Assembly: GCF_000315625.1 (NCBI RefSeq)
Contig: NW_005434605.1
Span: forward strand, 362,407 to 426,406
From: Guillardia theta CCMP2712
Lineage: Eukaryota; Protista; Cryptophyta
Direction: 5' to 3'
DNA length: 64,000 nt
Position numbers and translations under genes: made by a program. A model generated the notes under the pieces. That model made no database searches and was not told the DNA's origin. It saw nothing but the letters and a program-made list of their open reading frames with translations. The first letter of the stretch is position 1, and each line of letters opens with the position of its first letter. Shown one piece after another: positions 55,001 through 64,000 of the stretch.

Positions 55001-58000
55001 GGATCTCAAGTCTCGCTTCGAGGAGTTCTCCTCCTTCTGGCTCCAGGAGCCTCTCGACCAGTTCGCCGTCTTCCTCAACGACATCAGGAACTCGAACCTC
55101 AGCGCCGAGGAGGAGCTCACCAACTTCGAGGATCAGATCCGCGTGCTCAAGGAGACCGAGGGCAGGATCAAGCTGCTGAGCAACAGAGAGACGCACGTGT
55201 GGGTAAGCGTCGACGCGAAGCCGATGAAGCAGGCGCTCTTCACGGTGCTGTCCAAGTGGACCTTCACCTATACCAACCACCTGGTGCAGAAGCTGCTGGT
55301 CGAGACCGACGAGATGCAGGGCTTCCTCGCTCGCGCCTCCTCCAAGCTCCGCGCGTTTGCGGAGGAGGTGGACGAGTCGTCGCTGAAGGAGATCATGACG
55401 CTGATCAGCGACGTGAGGAGAATGTCGGCCAAGTTCGAGGACCTGCACAGCCCGTGGGTCTCCTCCATCTCCATCCTCAAGAGCTACAACGTCGAGGTGC
55501 CGCAGTGGGTGCACGAGCATGTCAGCTCGTCGGGAGCTCAGTGGTCGCAGCTGAAGAAGCTCATGTACCAGTGCCGTACGATGCTGGAAGACAACTGTCT
55601 CCGTGAGCAGGCGAGCGAAGCCTCCCCTTGTCCTGCTTGCTTCACCCTCTCCTCTCCTCCTTTCACCTCCTTCTCGCTGATCCGCTGCCTCAGGTCCGGC
55701 TCAAGGAGGTCAGCAGCAACTTTGCAGCGCGAGCAAGCTCCTACCGCTTGTGGTTCGAGTCTCATATGCCCTTCACTAACTCCTTCGACAGCGACTTCGC
55801 ATACAGCATGATCGACGCGCAGCATCGAGGACTCGCTGCTTCCCCCAGACCCGCACGAGATCGCACGGGGAGCGAGGGGGCGGTGACCTTCAGCCTGCCG
55901 TCGAGCTCGCACGAGAGAAGCTCGGTGCCGTCACTGGCGCAGATGCTGGAGGAGCTGAAAGAGCTCAACGTGGAGGAGGAGATCTTCGACCTCCCGCTGA
56001 CCTTCCATGAGGGTCTGCTCGAGTGCAGGGAGGAGGTTGGGATTCTCAAGCACCTCTGGGACCTCGCCTCGCTCCTCCACTTCGCCTTTGCGCACTGGCA
56101 TGAGATCGCGTGGGTCGGGGTAAACCTGGAGGAGGTGGCGGAGGAGATGAGGGGGGTGTGGCGAGTGATCCGAGAGGTTCCCAAAGAGGTGGGCATGAGC
56201 GAGTACAAGCAGGGCGTGTTCCAGCAGTGGCCCCTCTACTCCTACATGAACGAGCGCATGGCAAACGCGTTGCAGGCGGTGGAGCTGATGAAGCAGCTGC
56301 AGGCGTCCAACATCCGGCAGAGGCACTGGAAGCAGCTCATCCGGGTGACCGGGTCGAACCTCATCTCGGAGATAGACATCAACCTGCGCGAGATGTTCTC
56401 CTTGAACCTCGTCCAGCACGCCCGCGAGGTCGAGGAGCTCGTGCGAGGAGCGGAGAAGGAGAGCGAGATCGAAGCTCAGCTCGCGAAGTTGGAGAAGGAG
56501 TGGTCCCAGCTGGAGCTGGCCTTCCAACGCGAGGAAGGAAAAGTCTTCCTCCTCCCCCCCGACAGCGTGCTCTCCCTCCTGCACGAGTCTCTCATCGAGG
56601 TTCAGCTCCTCAGCTTCAATGTCTACGTGGTCAGGAACGCCTCCTTCTCCGACCAGGTCGCCACCCTCCAGCACCAGCTCGGCACCACAGAGTCGCTTCT
56701 CAACTTGTGGCTGCACGCGCAGCACAGACACTCGACGCTCGAGGCTCTCTTCGCCACCCGCGCGGCCGCCAAGGGATGCGCGGACAAGGCTGCGGACTTC
56801 GAGGCGATCGACCAGTCATGGCAGACGATGATGGCGCAGGCAGCCGCCATGCCCAACGTGGTGGAGACATGTACGAGCGAGGAGCGCTTCAAGCAGATCA
56901 AAGCCATTCACAGCAAGCTCGAGGAGATCGAAGCGGCGATGAGAGGCTTCCTGGAGCAGGCGCGGGATCAGTTTCCTCGCCTCCACCTGCTCTCAGACGA
57001 GCAGCTACTGATGCTGATGAGCTTCGAGGGTCAGCCTAAGGAGACGATGGAGTACCTTCGCTTCCTCTTCCCCGGGGTGCATGAGCTGGGCATCGACTTT
57101 CAGGACGGGGGAGAGGCTCAGGTCTTCACGTCGGTGAGGGACAAGAAGGGCGGGAGAGTCAGCCTCACTCCTGTGCGGTGCGATGGGACCATCCTGGATT
57201 GGATCAAGGAGCTTGACAGTAAGACGACCGAGTCGATGCGACGCCAACTGTCGGAACTCATGCGGGCGACGCTCGAGTCGAGCGAGTCGCTGGCGAGCGG
57301 AGCTCATGTCCAGCTGGCGCTGGTCTGCCTCTCCATCGATAAGAGCGCGAAGATCGACGGGCTGCTGCAGGAGATGCTCACGGCAGCTGGAGAGCAGGTG
57401 AGGAGCTTCAAAGACGCTCAGAGGGCAGAGGTGGACGCCTGGACATCCCAGCTGAGGGACAACCAAGTGCACGAGCTGGAGCGCGACCGGCTCTCGATGC
57501 TCCTCCTCGCCGCCCTCGACTGGATGCACCTGATGGAGCTGCTCGAGACGATCCCGTCCTGCAACCCCAGCAGCTTCGAGTGGAAGATGCAAGTCCGGTA
57601 CCGGATGGTGGAGGACTCGTGCGAGGTGCTGGTGGGCGATCGAAGCCTGGGGTATGGATACAGCTTCATCGGACACAACCTGAGCTGTACGCTGAAAACC
57701 CCTGCCTCTCGTCCCGCCTTCTACTCTCTCATCCGCAACTTCAGCGAAGGAGCAGCAAGCCTTGTGACAGACGTCAGGCAGGAGAAGCTGCAGACGGTGA
57801 CGTCCATCGCTCACTCTCTAGGCGTCTTCCTCCTCCTTCACCGAGGAGGAGGGCTGACGACCGACAGAGACTTTTTGCTCAAGGAGCTCATGGGGGTCGC
57901 GAGTGCAGGCGGCTGGTACGTCATCACCAACCTTTGGGCTCTGCCCCCCAACGTGCTCGCCATCGTCCAGCAGGCTGCCAGGAGCTTCATCTTCGCCGTC

Positions 58001-61000
58001 CGAGCCATGAGATCGACGAGCATTGAACCTCAGCTGATCCCCAGCTTGAGCCTGTTCGGGAAGACGATGAGCTCGAGCTCCTACTTCTCTCTCGTTGCTA
58101 CTGCCAGCGAATCTTCCGCACAGCAGCAGAAGCCCTCCTGGTCCTCAGCCCCCTCCTCACCCTTGCAGCAGCAGCGGCGGCAAGAAATCTGCCTGCCGTC
58201 GTTCCGACAGATTTTCCGCCCACTGAACATGCTTCTTCCCGACCTGCTTACCGTCGCCTGTATCTGCCTGATGGAGCAAGGATTCCCCGACGCTGCGAGC
58301 TTGGGGAAGCGAGTTCACGACTTCTTCCTCCTCGCCCGCAAGTCGCTGAGCGAGTGTCGGCACTACCAGTGGAACGGGGAGCTGCTGCGAAAGATCATCA
58401 GGGTATCCGGGCAGAAGAGGAGAGAGATACTGTCAGAGACGTTGCAGACGACGCGCGAGGGAGAGGCGGAGAAGGAGAAGCAAGACTCCTTGCAGATTCT
58501 CGGACAGACAGCGCTCAAGGTCCTCCAGCCGCAGCTGCTCGAGCAGGATAAGTACACCTTTGCGCTGCTTGTCGACCTGCACCTGCTCAGCCCTGAGAAG
58601 GCTGACGAAGTGAAGGCGAAGGAGGAGGAGACGGGGGAGCGCGAGGGAGAGGTCTCAGGTATCAGCCCCCCCTCCACCATGGCGGCGAGTTTCAAGGGAA
58701 CTCTCGACCCCTCTGACGCCTCGCAGCCCGCGAGCGCGTCGGTTGAGCTGAACCTGCAGGCAGCGGCGGGGGAGCTGCAGCTGGAGCTGAGCGAGGACTT
58801 CTACAGGCTGTGCGTGCACTTCACCACCTTGTCAGCTCACTTCCCAGCTGTTATCCTCCTCGGCCCTCCTGGCTGCGGCAAGTCCTCCATCGTCCGCACA
58901 TGCGCAGTGCACAAGAGAATGTCCAAGGTGCCGGTGTCGCTGAGGACGGTGACCTGCAACATGATGGAGGTGCGCGAGCTCTACGGCTTCTTCCCCGACA
59001 AGTCCATGCGATGGCAGGACGGCATTCTCTCCTCTGTCCTCCGTGACTTGAGCGCTGCTGCCCTCGCCGACCCCAACTCGCAGCAGTGGCTGCAACTGGA
59101 CGGAGAACTGCATCCGTCATGGAGCGAGCCCATGGGAGAGGCGCTGGAGGAGGAGGGGGAGGTGGTGTTGCCTTCGCATGAGAGGATCGTCAAGCCCCAG
59201 CAGGTCAAAATCCTCTTCGAGGGGACCAGCCTCAAGCATGCAGACCCCAACATGGCGGCGCGATGCGGCATCCTCTACGTGCCCCCGAGCGAGGATGGCT
59301 GGACCAACACGACGAGATGCTGGATGAGGGGCATCGACGACACGGAGATCTTGTCTCTCTTAGGAGACCTGCTGGGCGATGCGCATGACGACCTGCTCCC
59401 CAGCGCCATCAAGTTTCTCGCACGGGAGTGCACGTTTGCTTCTGCAGCACGAGAGGTAGACGGAGGCTCCGTCAACGCGCTTGCTCAGATGTTCTGCTCC
59501 ATCCTCAACGGAACAGACCTGATCAAGAAGACGGAGAGCGAAGCTGACAGCCATCGCGGCGGCGTGAAGGGCAACGTCTCCATGCTTGACGCGCTGCCAA
59601 CCAGGAGCCAAGAGGCTTCCTTCAACGAGAAGAGAGTCGCGTGGCTGGGGAACCTGCTGATCTACTCCATGCTCTGGAGCTTCGGCGGGCTGCTAAACAA
59701 GGACTCGAGGTTGAAGTTCAGCTCGTGGACGCGAGGAAAATTGATGGAAATGGAGGGGAACAAGGAGCGCTTGAAAACGCTGATCAGTTTGCCTCCTACC
59801 GGCAACTTGTACGACATGTACTATGACGTCGCCGACTCCACCTGGAAGGTCTGGAGCGACTCGCAGCGGGAGCATCACTACCTGACCGGAGGGAACGAGG
59901 AGACCAACTCCGAGCTCTTCCTCGTCGCCCTCCCGCAGACCATCGCCATCCAGAGCTGCCTCTCGCTGGTACACAAGGCGGGCCATCCCTTCATGCTGCA
60001 TGGATCCGTCGGCTCCGGCAAGTCTGCCATCCTCACCGACTTCTTGTCGTGCCTGGACCCGGAGCAGACGATCAGCGCGAAAGTTCCCGTCACGGGCAGC
60101 ACCCGGCCGCGAGACCTGCAGGCGGCCATGGCGGTGGTGCTGGAGCACAAGAGCGGGAGGCTGTTCGCTCCCAAGGGCACGAAGCGAGTCACCTTGTTCG
60201 TGGACGACCTGCACCTGGTGCGCAAGGACGCGAGCGGGATGAAGCGAACGCTGGAGCTGCTGCGGCACATCCTTGACAACGGCAACTGGTTCGACCTGAC
60301 CCTCTGCGCCGAGTGCATCCTTCAGAACTGCCTCTACGTCGCCGCCATGTCGCCATCGCTGACGTGGGTCGAGGATGGGAGACTGCGCCGTCACTTCGCC
60401 TGCCTGCACGTAGAGGAGCCAAGCAAGGAGGCGCTGCAGGCCATCTACAGAAACATCGCTCTCTCCATCTTCCGCGTGCATGACGCTGAGGTACAGCGGA
60501 TGGCAGAGCCGTTGGCGCACACGTCAGTGAAGCTCTTGATGGACTTGTCGTCTGTCTTCACGGCCTCCAACGATCGCCCTCACTATCTCTTTAACCAGCA
60601 TGACCTCGCCAAGATCTTCACCGCCCTTCAAGCTCGCTCAGACCTCTGCTCCTCCCCAGTCTCACTCGCGCAGGTCTGGGCGTTCGAGTGTCACTGCGTC
60701 TTCATCGGCAGGTTGACCAGCCACGACGATGTGAACATGAGCACGAGGATCATCTCCCGCGCCGTCGAGACCATCGACGAGCATCTGGGGCTGCGAGAAT
60801 CGCAGACGGAGACGTTGAAGAAGACTTCCTTCCTGTGCGTGCGAGAGCAGGGCAACGGCCTCACTGTGCTCCCCGTCCACGAGCAAGCCGATCTCCAGGC
60901 GAAGATCGTTAGCCATCTGAGCGACTCCTTCCCCTCCCTGGGGGTCCCCTGCTCCCGCACCCCCTCGCTCGTCGACTTTCAGAGCATGGCGGCTCTCTAC

Positions 61001-64000
61001 GCAGAGAGCATCGCCAGCATCTCAGTTGCTCTCGGACAGCCCGGGGGGCACGCGCTGCTGCTGGGGCCAAGGGGGAGCGGGAAGACGACCTTGAGCCACG
61101 TGACTGCCAGGCTGTGCGGCCTGACCCTCGTCGACCTCTCCTACGACCCTGACAAGGAGGAAGAAGCGAACCTGCGCAGCCGCCTATGCGACCTCTACTG
61201 GGACGCAGGAATCAACCGCGTGAGCATGGCGGTGCTCGTGAAGGTCAGAGGCAGGTCGTCGCACCGCATGCTGTCCTACGTGAGCGACATGCTCAACGCT
61301 GACGGGTACGCGCACATGATCTCCTTGTTTCCTGACTCGCGGCGGAACGAAATCTTCGCGTCCTTGAGAGGAGAAGTGCGTAAGCAAGGCCTGGTTGACA
61401 CCCCAGAGAACTGCTGGACTATGCTCAAGTCGATGGTCAACGCGAACCTGCACGTGATACTGAGGGTGTCGGTGAGCGAGAGCTCGTCGCTCCTCCAGGT
61501 CTTGTCCTCCTTCCCCGCCCTGGTCTCCCGGATGTCCGTCCACTGGGTCGGGAACTTCGTCTCGGACAACCTGCAGGCCTTCGCAAAGCACTACCTGAGG
61601 AGCGTGTGGGAGGGCGAGGAGGACGAGGAGCTGACGGTGCAGGCGGCCCGACACATGTCGCTCGTCCATCACGCGGCCAGCGAAGCAGCGCGGCACGACC
61701 ACGAGAGACACTCGCTAGCGCTGCATCCTGCCTTGTCTCCCTCCCTTCACAAGGATCGTTCGCAGCTCGCCTCCTCGCAGTCGGTCGCTCCCTTCACCTG
61801 GTACAACCTTGCCTTCGTTAGGATCTACCAGGAACGCAGTCGCTCTCTCCGTGACAAGTGCGACATGGCCGGCCGCGCCAAAGTGAAGCTTGAGAGTGCA
61901 CTGGCTCGGCTCAACGACCTGGAGACCATCATCGAGGACCAGAAGCAGGTGGTGGAGCAGAAAAAGATCGTCGCCAACCGCCTCCTCGCGCAAGTTGGTC
62001 AGGAAACGGCGCTGCTGGACGAGCAGCGAGCGGTGCTGGTGGAGGACGAGAAGAAGCAGGGAGCGCTGAGCGAGGTGCTGTCGGAGCTGCAGGCCAACCT
62101 CAAGGAGCGAGTCGATCTCGCGGCTCCGCTGCTGGAGAAGGCTGAGTCAGGACTGAACCGGCTGGACTTTTCCAACTTGTCGGAGCTGCGAAGCATCACC
62201 AGCCCTTCAGAGAGCTTGCTGGCTGTCTCCCGCTCCCTCGCCATCCTCCTGACGCAGCGAGGAAAGTCTCTGCCGGAGGTGGAGATGCTGGTGTGGAAGG
62301 AGGTCAAGAAGATGTTCTCGAAGGTCGACTCCTTCCTCAACCTCCTGACTCGCTTCAACGTGAAGGACGCCAACGCTGACGCAGTGCGGGTGGTGGAGGA
62401 GGAGTATCTGGTGCTTGCAGTGTTTGCCGAGGACGTGAAGGATCCCCCGGTGGTTTCAGGGCTCAAGACGTGGGTGACCAACATCATCGCCATGTTCCAC
62501 ATCTACGAGGAGATCAAGCCCAAGCAGCACGAGCTCAACATCCGCAGCAAGGAGTGGGAGCTGATGGCCGCCAAGGTCGCCGACCTCTCGACGCGCGTCA
62601 AGACGTTGGAGTCGCGGCTGACGGAGCTCATGGCCAACTTCCAAGACGCCACCGAAGAGAAGAACGCCGCAATCAAGACGCTCGAGGACCTGGCGGCAAG
62701 CTGTGAGATAGCTGGAAGACTCGCCAAGGCTGTGACGAGCAGCGACGTCAACCCGATCGAGGAGGCCAAGGAGAAGTACGACAGGCAGCTGCAGTGCCTG
62801 CTGGGGGACTCGCTTGTCGTCGCGGCGATGGTGGCGTATGCGGGAAGGCTGGACGTGATGGGACGGCGCTTCTTTCTTGAGGAGAGCGTGGAAGCAGATC
62901 TGAGAGCTCAGAAGCTCCCCCTCTCCGAGGGCTCTGAGCTCAAGCTGCAGGCCCTCGTGCGCACAGCGACGATCGCCAAGTGGCACGTGGAGGGGCTGCC
63001 AACGAGCCGCTTCCTTCTCGAGTCTGCCATCATTGCGCTCTACTCGCCTGCTTGGCCCCTCCTGCTCGATCCCGAGGGTGTTGGTCTCCGGTGGACCATC
63101 TCGCTCCATCGGGAGGAGAGCCAGAAGCGAGGAGGAGAGGCTGAGTGCGTGGTGAGGAAGGACGATGACGTGGAGCTGGTCAGGACGATGAGACTCTGCG
63201 TCAGCACTGGCAAGACTCTCGTGGTGCATGGGACGCTGAGGCGACTGAGCGGCGACTTGTGCTCCCTCCTGCATAGGAAGCTGTACATGCTCAAACGAGT
63301 TGCGGTCGTCGACCTCGCAGGCGAGCCTACGGTCGTGCACCCTGAGTTTCGGCTTGTCTTGGTAGCGGCGTGCGATCGAGATCGTTTTGAGGAGGAGCTG
63401 GAGTCGGCGACGACGCAGATCAAGTTCTCGAGCAGCTTCTCAGGCATCGTCCGAGAGAGGATCCTTGAGATGGTGATCCGGCTTGAAATCCTCGAGAGCT
63501 CTGCCAACTGGCTGGGCCTGCTGAGTCGTCGCCACAAGATGTTGCAGGTAGGACGTCATACCTGTGTGTGTGCAAGAGGCTGACGCGATGGCAGGAGAAG
63601 CAGGAGCTTGAGATCTCCATCCTCCGCATCCTGGGGGACAAGGAGGGTCAAGTGCTGTCAGACGAGCGTGCGAAAACCGTCGGAGATGACTTGGGTAAGA
63701 TGTTCCAAGTGAACTCACAGCTCCACGAGACGATCTCTGAGAACAGGCGAGAACCTTCCTCTTCAATTTCTCACCATCAACATGACGCTCCTCCCTCCCT
63801 CCAACCCTCCATTCGCCCCCTCCTTATGATCCTTATCCTCATCCTGTCGAATCAAACATAATGACCTGACTAGTCAGTTTGCAGGGCAATCAATGCTTTC
63901 AAGCATTCTTATCGCAAAGTTGCGATGGCAGGAAGTTTGCTCATCAAGACAGCGATGCAGCTTCAGTCGATGGATGCGACCTACGTCACTTCAGCTGAGT
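52026..64000 (+). CDS. Divergent axonemal-type dynein heavy chain (outer-arm-like tail), runs off the window
   Basis: DHC_N1 tail motifs (GKTLLPLPP, EFAYWRNR, MPPHASRVLWSRSL, LRVNFD) and linker (IRQRHWKQL, ARDQFPRL). P-loops at AAA2 GPPGCGKS, AAA3 GSVGSGKS and AAA4 GPRGSGKT. Stalk/MTBD and AAA5 WPLLLDPEG are present. Exons 52026-55610, 55694-63547 and 63595 onward. Confidence 0.93.

Noticed and set aside
52214-63766. Many long antisense or alternate-frame ORFs over the dynein gene (likewise over PES1 and CDO)
   Set aside because: These are expected shadows of GC3-rich codon usage.

Overview
Gene-dense, intron-rich eukaryotic nuclear DNA (short GT-AG introns, intronic microsatellites, two N gaps). 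It is most likely from a cryptophyte alga such as Guillardia theta. That is an inference from a spliced, nucleus-encoded phycoerythrobilin:ferredoxin oxidoreductase (PEBB) carrying a bipartite signal/transit presequence. Genes read by manual exon joining, in order: a putative secretory SAM methyltransferase, PEBB, a METTL21-type lysine methyltransferase, pescadillo/NOP7, a RAD6-type E2, an ABM-domain/cysteine dioxygenase fusion, a PAN-like + GT15 mannosyltransferase, EAF, a small hypothetical, a GAF-only protein, an atypical nucleoredoxin, a large repeat-rich secreted protein, a plastid-targeted coiled-coil membrane protein, a RING-H2 E3, STN1, VPS41, and a 3'-truncated axonemal-type dynein heavy chain. 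The most notable observations are: (1) the dynein has lost all AAA1 catalytic motifs while keeping the AAA2-4 P-loops and stalk, making it a probable pseudo-motor; (2) a recurring intergenic grammar of strand-polarised TACCCC tracts, CpG/TGACTCA-rich islands, TAACG clusters and GTACAAA motifs; (3) unusual enzyme architectures. No rRNA, tRNA, CRISPR array or intact transposon was seen. Exon boundaries are manual and unverified, and family assignments come from motif recognition, not from database searches.
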